Assembly: GCF_009914755.1 (NCBI RefSeq)
Contig: NC_060930.1
DNA: 64,000 nucleotides
Direction: 5' to 3' (one strand)
From: the human T2T-CHM13v2.0 reference genome, Homo sapiens
The translations under genes were made by a program, and so were the position numbers. The notes beneath the pieces are model-generated. The model had not been told where the DNA came from, did no database searches, and worked only from the letters and a program-made list of their open reading frames with translations. Below are positions 1-14,049 of this stretch, piece by piece; position 1 is the stretch's first letter, and each line of letters opens with the position of its first letter.

Positions 1-683
1 GAGAAGTGAGCTCAGAGCCATATACATGGTTGCTTGTTTTACTAAATATGAGAGCAATATATGAAATATGAAGATTACTGGGAACACAGAAAAATAACTG
101 TGGCAATGTCCGGATTCTTCTGGGAGCACCTTAGGAGGCCTTGCAGAGCTGATTCTGTGTGAGCTTGGGCTTGATTTTGAATGGTAGCCATGGGAAGAGC
201 AGTGAGAATGGTGAGGGCACAGTCTCTAAGGCAAGAAAGGAGAGAGCAGGCTGAAGATAGGGTCGTATGGGAGTTTAGGTGGGCATGGGGTGGCTTCCGC
301 CCAGGTGGAGGAGGGAGGAGGCAGTAATGGAAGATGGATAAGTTATTGTAGAGTTTGTACAGTGGTAGTGTCAAAGGATTCTGAGTTGGGGAGCCACATT
401 GTCAGATCCAATTTTAGGATAATAACCAGGAAAACAAAGTAAAGCATGAAAGAGCTGGAAGAGATGGGAGGCAGGAGGACCACGTAGGAGACTGAAGGGA
501 AGCCTGAAGAAGCACCGCATCAACAGAAGAGAAGAGGAGGGCTGGACTCCAGCCGGCTCCTGCACGTGTCTTTTCAATTGCCAGCCTTGGGTTTTCTTAT
601 GATCCTAGCTGCTGCTTATATGTTTTTGTTATTATTTTTTAAAAACTCAGCCATCTTTTCCTTTTAAAAAATAACAGAATGCA

Positions 684-1033
<350 letters not shown>

Positions 1034-1213
1034 CTATCTCTCCCATCCTTATCTCTACCTAAAAGACAGAGCTCAATCGTTGGAGACCATGGAAAATGTT
1101 CTCCCTGTTTCACAGTCATCCCCGTAGCTAATAAAACACTACCGCTGCTGCAGCCATAGACTTCACGTGTTTCACGCTAGTTTTATCCTTCTTTCCTCCC
1201 ACTTCAGCCTCAA

Positions 1214-1308
1214 CATTCCTCTCCCGGAAGAATAGTCCTGGTTTTTCCCTTATGTAATTTGCATTCCTGTCCCGGAAGAATATTCCTATTTTTCTCTTAT
1301 ATAATTTG
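1214..1308. repeat. Two-copy ~48 bp tandem duplication
   Basis: CATTCCTCTCCCGGAAGAATAGTCCTGGTTTTTCCCTTATGTAATTTG followed by CATTCCTGTCCCGGAAGAATATTCCTATTTTTCTCTTATATAATTTG. Confidence 0.9.
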
Positions 1309-2913
1309 ATATTCTATTTAATCGGTGATTGGTTGACTTAGAAAACACGGTGTGCACCATCTGAGCTCTTCTGGTTTATTTCTTCCTGTGTTTATAACCC
1401 TCTAACTAACATTTGATCCTTTCATTGATTTTGTGCCTTTATACTTTTGTCCAACGGATTACATGTTATATAATTGCTCCTGAGCAATTTTTAAAAATAA
1501 AATCTTCCAGCAGTTGGCTGACTAACAAACACTGCTAACAAAGCATAATGATCAACCAAAAGATACCTTCAAGGGAATGTGATGGGTTGTGCCTGAGTGA
1601 TGTGGGACGGGTGTGAATACGTCTTAGGGAAAAGGAAAAGGAATATAACATTGTTTATTGCCCCCAGAGCTTGATAAATCACACACGAGCCCCACTCTGT
1701 CCTTCGGAGACAAGACATTTCACTTGCAGACATATCTTTCTTCTTTTCCACTTTTTTATTTCATTCTCCCTGTGGGATCCCAGGCAGCGCACAGTGAGGC
1801 AACAAAGGACTATCAGGAAAACATCATCTAGGTGGGGTGTATTTGTTTCCATGGTTCCTGAGAAGTTAGGGTGAAGGAAGGAGGCAAAATGTGAGCAGTG
1901 GAAGCAAATCTTCTATTCTTTTCTTCTTTCAATGCATAAACACGTACAGTATCCCTCTGGGCGAGGGAGACAGACCTCACTTAGTGGTTCATTTAGATTC
2001 TGCATGAGAAGGAGATATTGTTTTATTCTTCATTATAAGAGGAGCTATTTCTTCAAATTGACCATTTCCTGTCCCCCGCCCCAACTCTTTGCAAAAGTAG
2101 CCTGTTTACAATCTACTCTTGTAGATTACAGTACTTAGTAGAGACAAGTAGAGAGAAATTCAGACATTGAAAAGCTTTGAGACATCCCACAGAGTTGGAA
2201 TGCTTTTTTCAAAGGGAAAAAAATCTGTAAATGTGTATGTACCCAAAAGAGCCAGCTGGACAGCCCATAAACGGCTCCCATTCAGGAACAACAAAAGCCT
2301 ATGTCAGAAGTCAAGGGACAGGAGGCTGAGAACTAATAATAATTTTGCACTTACACAGCAGTTTTCATCTGAAGACCTCAGAGTGCTTTATAAACATTAA
2401 TTAAATTGCCCAACAGCCCTGTGAGATGGCTGTGTATCACTATTTCCAATTTGCAGGGGGTATAGGAAGGAGAAATGTATGCATGGAGTGAAGTTGGAAC
2501 CAGGCCATACTACAATGCATGTGGATTGCGAACTCAGAAAAGGCACCGGGAATATCTCCCTTGTGAATCCAGGGCTCTGGTCAGGTGTACATAGTCCCTG
2601 CCAGGCCAAAGAGACAGTGTGATGACTCCCTCCCCAGCAGGACCCACTTTATGCATACAGTCAACTGGCCACCCACACCCGGGCTTGAAGGATGCTGGCA
2701 TGATCTCCCCAGCAGGCTCATCACCACATGTTAGATTGCCGTCATTTCAGACTCATTCCTTTAGTGAGAATTGTGATGGCAAATCGGCTTCACCGCAGGT
2801 GTCAGCTCTGATTGCTGGTAGGTACAGCCAGGCCGGCTGCCTGGAGGATCGCTGTATCTAGTGTGCCTAGTAGAATAGGCCATGATTGATTATTGATATC
2901 TGGAAAAGGTAGT

Positions 2914-3344
2914 TGTTGTAGATTAAATTGTGTCTAAAGAAAAGATACGTAGAAGTCCTAATCCCTGGTACCTGTGAATGTGAGCTTATTTGGAAACAGC
3001 GTCTTTGCAAATGTAGGCAAGTTAGGATGAGATCATTCTGGATTAGGATGGGTGTCCTTATAACAAAAGTGAAAGGTGGAGACAGACACACAGAGAAGAG
3101 AAGGCCTTGTGAAGACAGAGGCAGAGACTGGAATCATACATCTACAAGCCAAGAAATGTTGAGGATTGCTGGCAACCACTAGAAGCTAAGAGAGGGGCCT
3201 GGAACAGATTCAGAGGGAGCATGGCCTTTGCTGACTCCTTGATTTCAGACTTCTGGCCTCTAGTACTAAGAGAGAATACATTCCTGTTGTTCTAAGCCAT
3301 CCGGTTTCAGGTACTTTGTCATGGCAGCCCTAGAAACTAATATA
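2914..3344 (+). mobile_element. MaLR solo LTR (MLT1C-like)
   Basis: ACCTGTGAATGTGAGCTTATTTGGAAA, TTGATTTCAGACTTCTGGCCTC and terminal GGCAGCCCTAGAAACTAATATA match MLT1 consensus. Confidence 0.88.
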
Positions 3345-3920
3345 ATAATCTGAATATTGGAAAGCTTTCAAATGCAGGATTGTTAAAATGATCACTCATT
3401 TAAAAACACACCCTACCATCTTGATAACTGAAGGAAGGTTTCCTGGAGGGACTGGGCTGTGACTGTGGTGTGCTCCAGCTGGAGATGAGGTCAGAGTGCA
3501 ATGGTGGTGACAGGGACATCACAGCGATCCTCTGGCATGGCAGGTGTTGATGGTTCTCAGACACTTAGATGTTTTGGCAGGTCAATCCTGTCTTAACATG
3601 TTGAATTGCACTTGTGCAAATGCATTTAACACATTCCATTTCTTAATCCCCACAATAAATCAGAAAATCAAAGAATGCACCCAGAAGCCAGTGGTGCTAG
3701 ATCAAGTGTAGCAAAAGGAAAAAAATCTTTAGACATTAAGACCCAAAGTCTGGAAATACCATTCATCTGGCATGGGTGAGGTTGCAGACGTTCGTGGTAA
3801 GAGATTATATGTGGTATTTATCTTTAGTCTTACCCTTTTCAGGCTCCTTTGAAAAAAATGCAAACAGGCCCCAGAGGGGGTAACACATAATAAGGTAGAA
3901 AGATGGTGGCTGACACACTG

Positions 3921-4095
3921 GTGTGAAAAAAATATAGTCTTTGGAGTCAGTCAATGTGAATTAGAATCCAGGTGACTCAATTTACTCATCTGGTAAATGG
4001 GTATGATAATTCTCATAGATTTGTTGTGAGAACTAAATGCATTGATATTTGTGTAAAGGTGTGGTGTGCAGTATGTGTTAAATTATCAGTAGCAT
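3921..4095 (+). mobile_element. MIR SINE
   Basis: CTTTGGAGTCAG, CTCATCTGGTAAATGGG and GTTGTGAGAACTAAATG MIR core motifs. Confidence 0.75.
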
Positions 4096-4613
4096 TTGCT
4101 TCTGCTCAATAAGTAGTTTTCTTCTTTTGGAGCATGGAAGCTGATGATATAGGCCCGGCAAGCTGGAGGAGGGGCAGAAGGCGAGGCTGGGAGAGATGGC
4201 TCCATTGAAGGAAGCTGCATAATTGAGCCTGCCATTGGACTGTGGCTTGGAGAGAAGTTGCTGCCTACTCTACATGGCTTTAGTTAGCCCCTCCCAGGAT
4301 TTCCCTGGGAAGATTCTCCTTGTCTAGGGTCACCCCCGAGAGCTCCTGGCAGCAGCGGCAGCAGCAGCCTGTCCACAGTGGGCCAACAGTAGGCAGTGGG
4401 GCTTCTTCCTTCTCTGTCTCTTCTCTCTAAGGTAGGGTTCATCTTCTGGGGAACCAGAGATGCAGAGCAACAGGGAGGCAGCTCGAGTTGTGGATGGATC
4501 CTCTTCACAGGCTGAGAGCAAAGCAATATAAAGAAAGCAAGAAGTCACTCCTCTTAGACTAGGCCAAACATCGGCATCAGCTGAACCCAAAGGAGGTGAA
4601 ATCAGCAACCTTA

Positions 4614-4990
<377 letters not shown>

Positions 4991-5275
4991 TTACCCAGAC
5001 ACAAATGATCTTTGCCAAATAACTCATTATATTTTCATTTTTTAAAACAAATCCTAACAAATTTTGAGTATAACTTTATTTCTCCAGGCTCTTCATGACC
5101 AAGGACATGAGTAACAACCCTGATAAAAATAAAATTATCCTTGACGCTGCATTTCCCCACCAAATAGGGCTGGTGTCCCGCGCACAGGCCCCATTCTTGT
5201 GGGCCTCCATGGCTCTCCTTGGCCCTTGGCCCCCCGTCAGTGTTGTATTGTTGGTCTGGCCACTGCTGCTGTCTG

Positions 5276-5291
5276 TGCTGCCACCTGGTGG
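5276..5291 (-). promoter_or_regulatory. CTCF core motif (predicted)
   Basis: Minus strand reads CCACCAGGTGGCAGCA, a near-perfect CTCF core; motif only, binding not shown. Confidence 0.6.
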
Positions 5292-7500
5292 ATGGGTTAA
5301 GCAACTGCTTCCCCCATCCCTCCTGCTCAGGCTGACTTGCTGCTCCCAAGGCTGCGGCCGCTGGGCCCCTGGGAGTCGTAAAGGCCTCTCTTGCCAATAA
5401 AACCTCCCTACATAATAAGCTAACTTCTTGCGTTTCTTTCAGTTCCTGGAATTGGGGCATTTTCCACCACCCCAGTGCCCCATTCAAAAACATCTTGCCC
5501 CCAACATTAGCCAAAAACCACAGCAGGGGCCAGACACAACTGTTGTCACTACAGGAAGATGCCCTGCCCACGTGGGACTTCACAGGTTGTACAGCCTTTC
5601 TCTGTCATCTTTGTAACTCTTAATCCCAGAACAGGCTTGACCCACCAGGTTCAGTCTCCCAGTAATCTTCCCTAGGAAGCCTGTGGAGGTTGGTTGCCAT
5701 ATAGCTTAGATTTGGGGTGGAAGGGGGCATCTGTAATTTCAAATTTCCCTTCCCACTGCATGAATCTTTTTGTTCAAATAACAAGGTCAGCCTATTTTCT
5801 GCTCATGTGCACTAGAGTTCCTGATGAGCCCATCGCTTAGGGCAGTGTTTTCTTTCCCTCGGGCTCTTATAACCTCCCTTCCCCACAAGAATGTGGGAAC
5901 AAGTGACCAGCCACCTCCTTCAGCTTCAGTCTCTGCATGTCCTTCATGGCCCTCCCAAGAGCTAGTTCAGAATAGCAGCAGGTCGACTGGGATGCAGCCC
6001 GGTAGGCCCGCTCTCATGGTTGCTCTGGTCCTCAGGACTGGGTAGGAGCAGAGGAGAGAGGAGAGGAAGAGGTGTGCCTTAGTTTCCTCTTCTCCTCCCT
6101 GCCTCCTTGCCTAAATCATGCAAGCTGGGAGTGGGATGCTCTCACCTGGCTCCTTTATTCTCATAAAAATCCCGTTGTCCCCAGTGCCAGATGCTGAGTA
6201 AAGAGAAAGCCAGGTCAAGCCTCAACCATAATGAACAGGAAGCAAGAGCAGCCTGGAGGTTCTGGGCACAGAAAAGGGATTGGTGCAGAGAAGAGAAGAG
6301 GTCCTATGTGGCAGGTCTTTGCTGGGGAAAGGGTGCAGTACACACGTGGGGAGCGTGAGCTTCGCACCAGGCACTTTGCATCCGTTAGCTTTTCCCCACT
6401 TTATGGATTAGATAACTGAACCTCAGAGAAGTCAGATAATGTCCCAAGGTCCCATGGCTAATGTGTGGAGCCAGGATCCAGACTCACGTCTGCAGATCTA
6501 TTTGATTTCCATGCTCTGGCTTTTGCTGCTAAACCCTCCTCCTCACACTGGGGGAAGAATGCGTGTGCTTCTGGGAACATGTGTGCAGAAGAAGCCTGGC
6601 CACCTTCTCCTGACTACTGCCCCTCCGTGCCTCTGATCATGTTACCATTGGTGTACTTTCCAACCAAATATTTGCAGTCATCTCTGAGGTGGCAGAGATG
6701 GCACCAGTGTGCCCACATCTGGGAGGACTCAGGCTGCGTGACCACTGGCACAGGATCCAGGCTCGTCCCTTGTCCACTACAGACCCCAGATGGCCTGAAT
6801 CAGATGCTCTTGGCAGGGAAGAGCGTGAGCAAAATGGCAACCAGGCCTGAGAGGGTCCCCCAGACACAGCCCTGAGTTCTGTCTCTCTGGAAAGGCCGAT
6901 TTGTGCAGCAAGCTCTTGGGAGGTAGATAACCCAGTCTGACAAGCGACCTTGAAAGAATTACAGCAATAATATTTTCAGTTGGTTGGGCCAATCTTGGCC
7001 AATTTCTCCAGAGCGTTAGGTGCGAACGTCAGTCTGGGACTCCACATTGCTCATGCATGTGTTTGCCGTGTCCCCTTTGCTGTTTTAAGTGTTTATCCTG
7101 TGGCTTGTACAAGCGACATCGCTCTCTTCCCTGGTGAGAGCCAGTCTCCAGGCCTCCCTCCCCCACACTCTGCTAGAAGTGCAGCGAAGCAATGAGAACA
7201 AGGATCTTGTTCCAAGCCCACTGAGCAAGTGCTAGCATTTAGTGACCTTCTGCACCAGTAATTCGGTCCTTCGGGGATTGAAATTGATTTTCCTCCTTTC
7301 TGTGTGTGAGCACAACCCAAGTGCACAGCTCTGTTATGAATGCTGATCTCAGGTGTGTATTTAAAGGTGAACAGCAACACTCTTGAAGACAGAAATGAGA
7401 AAAGTTGTTTGCATAGCCTCTGTGAATGGACGGGATGTCTGCTCCAAAGACTGGCTTTGAATTTCTCCAAGCCCTTTTGTGTGTATGTGCATACATGTTT

Positions 7501-7524
7501 GTGTGTGTGTGTGTGTGTGTGTGT
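7501..7524. repeat. (GT)12 microsatellite
   Basis: Read directly. Confidence 0.97.
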
Positions 7525-7591
7525 TGGGGTGAGGTAGGGTGTCCAAAACTGTAAGTGAACACATGTAAAACTACTCAAATTCCTTCCCATG

Positions 7592-7996
7592 AAGCTGGTC
7601 CAAGAGTGGGGTGTTTGTCTCTGGCACGAGATTTAAGAAGGTGTCCAAAGAGTCAGTACTCAAGATTAAAATGTTTTAATGCTGTATTTTTTTAAAAATC
7701 CAAGTGAATGGAATGATGAGCAAAATCTGCAAATTTTAAATAAGTAAACAACCAGCATTACTAATTTTTTTCTTTTGCTTCAGGCTCCAGTACGGCTTGG
7801 CAGGGCACCTTTTTGTATAACATTTTGATATTTTATTCATCATGGATTTTTCTATGTTCATTTTAATTTTTGCAATATTGGAAATATTCTAAACATTTAG
7901 AAATATTGGAAATATTTTATATCTTGATCGCTGAGTTTTCTGGGATCCCCTCATGGTTTGCATCCCAGGTGAATTGCCTCTTCCTAGTCCCAGCCC
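7592..7996 (-). mobile_element. MER96B-like palindromic hAT MITE
   Basis: Mirror arms TCAGTACTCAAGAT/ATCTTGATCGCTGA and ATGATGAGCAAAAT/ATTTTATTCATCAT; central TTTTGCTTCAGGCTCCA; end CCTAGTCCCAGCCC. Confidence 0.8.
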
Positions 7997-10900
7997 CCTT
8001 TAAACCTTGCCTGAGTCAGGGGTAGGACTGATTTGAGACTGGCCAAAGACACTAGCTCCGTTATTTCCCACTAGTCGAAAGGCGTTGTTGAACTATTCCT
8101 CTAGTTAGTAACTGTTAAAGCCCAGATGGCATTCATATTTTGGCCTTTGCTCTGTCACAGCTCAAGTCATCGTCAGTGCCAAGTAGAAGAAGTAAAGGAG
8201 GCTTAGTTCTCTTGGGGAGAGTGCCAATTTTGTAGACCTTGATGGTCCAAGAACTGCCCAGGCCATGAGAAGATACAATGAGGGCTGTGGTAGAAGCACA
8301 AGTTTAATTTTGATGCCCAGCCCTAGCTGACGAGGTTTGTAGAGGAGCCTCAACCTCGTCTCCCACCTTGTCCAGCTCATAGCACACACTTGGCTGTGCA
8401 CCCAGCGTACCCCCACATTCCCACCGTACGTGAATCATCATCCCCAGTGTGTCCCCCAGTGACAGGCTGCACAGGTGTGATATTCATAGCTGCCGTTTGA
8501 GGATGTAGACGGGTGACTGCTGGTGTTTCTGGAAAAGCCAGCTATTTCGTAATTGTAAAATTGACCTCTACTCCACAGCTTCACTGCACACTGGAGTATT
8601 TCCTGGCAGATCCATCTAACCCAAAATGAGATTACATTTCCTGGCAAGAAGTGGGCAACTGGTTTAAAATCTCACAGCAACCGCATGGCTCAACTTGCAA
8701 TATTTCTTTACATTCACTTACCCAGGTCTTTCTGGGTCTATTAACTGGCAAGGTTAAAGGGGCAACATTGGGAGCTTGGGGTCCTACCTTTTGAACCAAG
8801 AGGTCAGTGAGAGACGGCCTGACTCTGTTAGTTTTAACTTTTCCTCTCAAACCTATTCTCCCTCCCCCATATGCCTTTCTTCAGGAGCTGTCGTCCTCAC
8901 CTGGACCCAACCAGTCATTCCCAGTGTTACCTCCTTCATTATTTAGAGCCCCTCTGCTGCCAGAGCGATCCTGTTCCAGTGCTGGTTTGGCCATGCCATT
9001 TCACTTTTTTAGAGCCTTCTGGTCTCCCACCCTCACTGGAATTCTGCCCACCTCCCTGCTCAGGGCTCATGCTCTCCCTGCCTGGTTGTTTGCAGTTCAG
9101 TCTCAGCCTCTGCGGCTTTGCACACATCATACCTCCAGTCTCGCTCCAGTCTCCTGCCTGGGGGTGACTGCCTGAGCTCTGCCCAGGCAGCATGGTGGTG
9201 GGGTCTTAGGGTCCAGCATCTGGGCTTTTTACTCCTTGCCCTGATGTCAGCGGGGCACCAGCCCCTGCCCTCTGACCTGCCTGGTAGCCTCGAGCCTGGA
9301 GCTTGTCCATGTCATCCCCCAAATAAGACCCCTGCATATCCTGGTGGCAGTGGGCATGGGGACCAGTTACCCCACTGGACAAGTTGGGAAGTCTTACTGC
9401 CTCTTTTGTGACATCTAATCAATCTTCCTGATTGATTCAATGCCCTGTCTCCCACCTTCAATGACACTCTAGCGGGGCCTGTAATTCGTGAATCTGTCTG
9501 GGGTTCTAGAGAACAGATGAGCTTATTTAGCATCGGTAACCCCTTTGCTGCAAGCACTCACAACTCTCTCAGTTTTGCTAACATCCTTGTTTTGACTTCA
9601 TTTTTCTCTTCTGTAAAATGATAAAAAATTTTACATTATTTTCAGTTCTGTTAAAGGAGTGGAATGAGCTAATCTCTCAGGTGACTTTTAAGCCCAGGAT
9701 TATTTTATGATTAGTCAAGGAACTTAGGTTTGGGGAAGTGTTGCGTTAAGTTTCTCTTTCTTTTTTAGTTGACTTTGGTCAGAGAGGGATCGGGGATTGT
9801 TGGCACAAGGAAAAACTGGCAAATTAAGGTACATTTATTTTTAGGTTAAAGTCAAATGTTGGTTGTACGTATTAATCTTTTTTATGATTCTCCATGTTAA
9901 TAGGCATTTTAATTAGTTGACTAATGACAATGATAGTGTGTTGGATAAGAAGCTTTGTGAAAGGAAGCAACCAGGGATTGACACTAGAGAACAGAAGGAC
10001 CCACTTAACAAGGCGTGAGTGATGTCACCCTCTTGTGGAGGCAGTAACCACATTACCTGCATCTCCTCCGTGACTTGGTAGGTAATGGTGTAAGGTTCAG
10101 GGACAGATGTTATTTGGACCAATTAAATAGCTTAGAATCCTTAAAAAAGACCAAGTTTTCATTATGCTTTCCAAGAGTGGACTGTAATTTTTATTTAAGT
10201 ACACACAAACCACAGAAGTCTGAACTGTACTACTAGTCAATGTATGTAACTGTTCTTTGGCAAATGGGACATCGCCCTAAATTGCTACTTAGGGGGCCAT
10301 GTGCAGCCACTGCTGGCAGCAACAAGTCACCGGGCAGCGCTTTCCTGGCAAGCGGGGAAGGGATCTTAGCACTGCAATGATTTTGGAAAGGAAAATGAGC
10401 AGATGTGCCCCCGCCTGACTCCCCGCTTGCCTTGGGACTCATTTGCACATTCTAGGGGCTTGGATACCCTAAGGCACACAGTTGCTTTTGGTTAATTGTT
10501 ATTACTGCATGTGTAAGGAGAACTCTGGGTAAAATTGCCAAGCCTTGCGCCTGGCCCCAAACTGGAAAAATCTTTCAAACAGAAAATGAAGTTTAGTTTG
10601 GCAGCCTCATAGATCATTAGCCTGAAAATGTACACTTGGCCTGGCTGGTAGGTTGGAGGAAAGGAAACAGGACTATGCAGGGTTTGCATGCTCTGCCCAA
10701 TGAGGCCAGCCTCCTGGCCCATGGGCCCCATAGAACCCAGGCCTGACCGAATCTCTGCTTGGGACCAGGTGTTCCTACCCTATCGTTTTGCTGTCAGGGG
10801 AAGGGCTGGTCCTCCCTGGTGGTATCTCATTTGCCCAGCATGAGCATTATGCTCTGTTGGATGGTACACTTTGTCTATTCGGTTCATGCTCCTCCCATGG

Positions 10901-11586
10901 CTGTGCCAGCTCCACCTGACTGCCTCGTTGCCCATGACCTTGGCCTCCCTTCTGACTCTTACTACCCCTACACAATCAACACCAGGACATTGAACATGGA
11001 CACAGCTGTGGTTTCTTCTTCCATCTGAGGCCCTCCTTCACAAGCCTGGGACCCTGGAGGATTTTATCTGATTTGTTGCACAGCTCTCATGCATGCAGTT
11101 AACCTAATTTCTGACGTGGCTCAATTTCATCCCATGTGGAAGGAAATGTGCCAATCTTTGGACCTCCACAGCTAGGTTTGGGAGCATGTTGATATCACTG
11201 ATGATGTGTGGGTTACTCAGATTTATGTGGCAAGTTTGCTTGGTAAGCCAAACCATTGGGGGCACAACCCCCTGCTCTTTCCAAACTGTGACCAAAACTA
11301 TCTGCATCTCAAGGTGTTCTTTGAGCAGAGGTTATCTACTCAAGCGAGGGTTCATGCAAACAAAAGTGTCAGTCACAATGTTGACTCTGTATGAGGGAAG
11401 GGGGGAAGTAGGGGGAGATGCTGGGGTCTTGGGGGCAGAGCAGATGGGGACTGACAGCCTGAAGGATAAGAAAGGAGAAGGGAGGATTCCAAAGAGTCAA
11501 AACAGACTATTCAAAAATCGATTTCTTGGATTTTGTGTTGCCATAGCTCAAAGGGGAGCTGAAAAAAGTGGATGAGGGGTGGCCAT

Positions 11587-11675
11587 GCCTTTGGGGTCAA
11601 ATATGTGGAGTCTGAATCCTAACTGTGCTGGTCACTTACTTTGAGATATGACTCTGTACCTCAGTTTCTTCTGTT
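11587..11675 (+). mobile_element. MIR fragment
   Basis: GCCTTTGGGGTCAAA, TGAATCCTAACTGTGC and TCTGTACCTCAGTTTCTTC. Confidence 0.6.
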
Positions 11676-11929
11676 GTTGCCACCATGAAGACTAAACAAC
11701 CCATCCTCACGTTTGCTCACTGGCACTTCTGGGAGTCTGTTTCAAGGCGTGGAGTGGGCATCATTGCAAGATCATGATGACAAGAGTTTGAGTCCAGGGT
11801 TGTGTGAGCTCACTGCAGTCCCTGGAGGGGAGATGCTAGGACTTCAGCAGGCACAGGAGAAGGGCATCATGTGCCTATGGACTGGAACAAATAGAGCATG
11901 AGCAAGTAATTTAAGAGAAAATAACTTAG

Positions 11930-12397
<468 letters not shown>

Positions 12398-12479
12398 TGA
12401 ATGCAGATGCCCTCTGAGCAATGAATAATGGAGCACCACACTTGGATCTGGGCATTTAAACATTTATTAATACAGGACA

Positions 12480-12596
12480 TTCCCCCTCCCCCTCGCCCCT
12501 CCCCTCTCCCTCTCCTCCCCTCCCCTCTCCCTCTCCTCCCCTCCCCCCACCTCTCCTCCCCTCCCCTCTCCTCCCCTCCCCCTCCTCCTCCCCCTT

Positions 12597-12629
<33 letters not shown>

Positions 12630-12748
12630 CTTCTTCTTCTTCCTCCTCCTCCTTCCTTCTTCCTCTTCCTTCTTCCTATTCCTCCTCCTTTTCCTCCTGC
12701 TTCTGCTTCTTCTCTCTGTCTTCTTTCTTTTTTTTCTTCTTTTTCTTC
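12480..12748. repeat. ~270 bp polypyrimidine/polypurine low-complexity tract
   Basis: Almost only C and T; shifts from CCCCT to CCT to CTT units. Confidence 0.97.
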
Positions 12749-12849
12749 AGCAATTGCCTTATTCTTTGGGATCAAATTGGTTAGAGATTATTTAAAGCTA
12801 TATATGAACATATAATTGGCCACTTCTTCCTGATGTGGTAGTTGTGTGT

Positions 12850-13140
12850 TTGAATTTAATAATTCTAAATACAATATTTTATATTCAGCCCCACTAAATT
12901 TAATCTTGTTTGTTTTGATCTCTTGTTCCAACTTGCCAAGATCGTTTTGAGACTCAGCTCTGTCTTCCAATATATTATGTCACCCCCAGCTTCAAATTTG
13001 ATATTCATGTTTGATAAACTTTAATTAACATAAATGTTGAAAAGATAAGGTTGGGATCTTCTACAAAATCTGTAGCATTCCATTAGATATCTTCCAGTTT
13101 AATATCAATCCTGTAATCCAATCTCTTTGGGTAATTGCAA
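12850..13140 (-). mobile_element. L3/CR1 LINE relic (RT C-terminal region)
   Basis: Minus-strand translation EDRAESQNDLGKLEQEIKTNKIKFSGAEYKILYL resembles CR1 ORF2 QxDLDxLExWAxxNxMxFNxxKCKVLHL; upstream IKF/KLG remnants. Confidence 0.8.
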
Positions 13141-14049
13141 CCAGCCAGCTATTGATCATCTCACACAATATGTGGGATACACAATCTACTCCTCTTTAAT
13201 GGTAATGGGCATGCTGCGTAGGCCAAGCCTTTACCTTCCATCCTGTCTGCACCGCATCCCTTCCAAGGGAAGCTTCTTTACCTAACCTCCTTCTCAGGCA
13301 GCCTGGGTTTATATTCTGTCATCACACCCCCTTGCTAGCTAACCCTGACTCCACAGCAATAATCCTATTAACTTTGGCCTAATGTAAAAAAACTGGATCA
13401 ATCATATCCTCTAATTTTAAAATCTGAACTAGGAAAATAAAAAGAATTTTGTAATTTGCAAGTGATCGGGAAGTGAATGGATATTGTGGGGTTAAGGTGG
13501 GGCTGAGGCAAGCCAAGGCTTCTTTCTTTCTGGAGAGAGACAGACAGAGATAAGGAGGAGGTTTTGGGCTTCTTTTGTATCTTAGATTACCCTGAGAATC
13601 TTACAAAAGCTACAGACTCCCCTTGCAGAGAAATGCATAAATGAACAATTTGCTTACAGTTTTAAGATGTTTATAGACCTTCCAAATTTTGGAGAAATTG
13701 GCCCTAGAGAAGAGATAATAAAGTCAATACTGTGAAAATGAAGAGGATATACAGAAATAAATAGGGTTGGAGAGAGATGGATACCCCCAGACCTGCCTCA
13801 TTTGCTGAGGTCTCCGGGTCTGATCCAGACCCTTCCACAAAACCTCCCTTCTCTTGAGATAAATTGAACGAGTCCCAGTTACTGCAGCTAAAGGTGCCTG
13901 CCTGAAATAATCAGGTCAACATCTACTCAGTCATTGGAGTCCTAAACCCTAGAGTCCTATCTCTAACTCCAGACATCACTTTCCAAAGCTCTGTGCTTGC
14001 CCCATGACCCTTCTTACTGTGCTGATATTCTGGGGTGAACCCATCCCTC

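Noticed and set aside
5035-5583. 182 aa minus-strand ORF and overlapping 101 aa hydrophobic ORF
   Set aside because: Non-ATG start for the longer one, no recognisable domain, and the length is expected in a GC-rich patch
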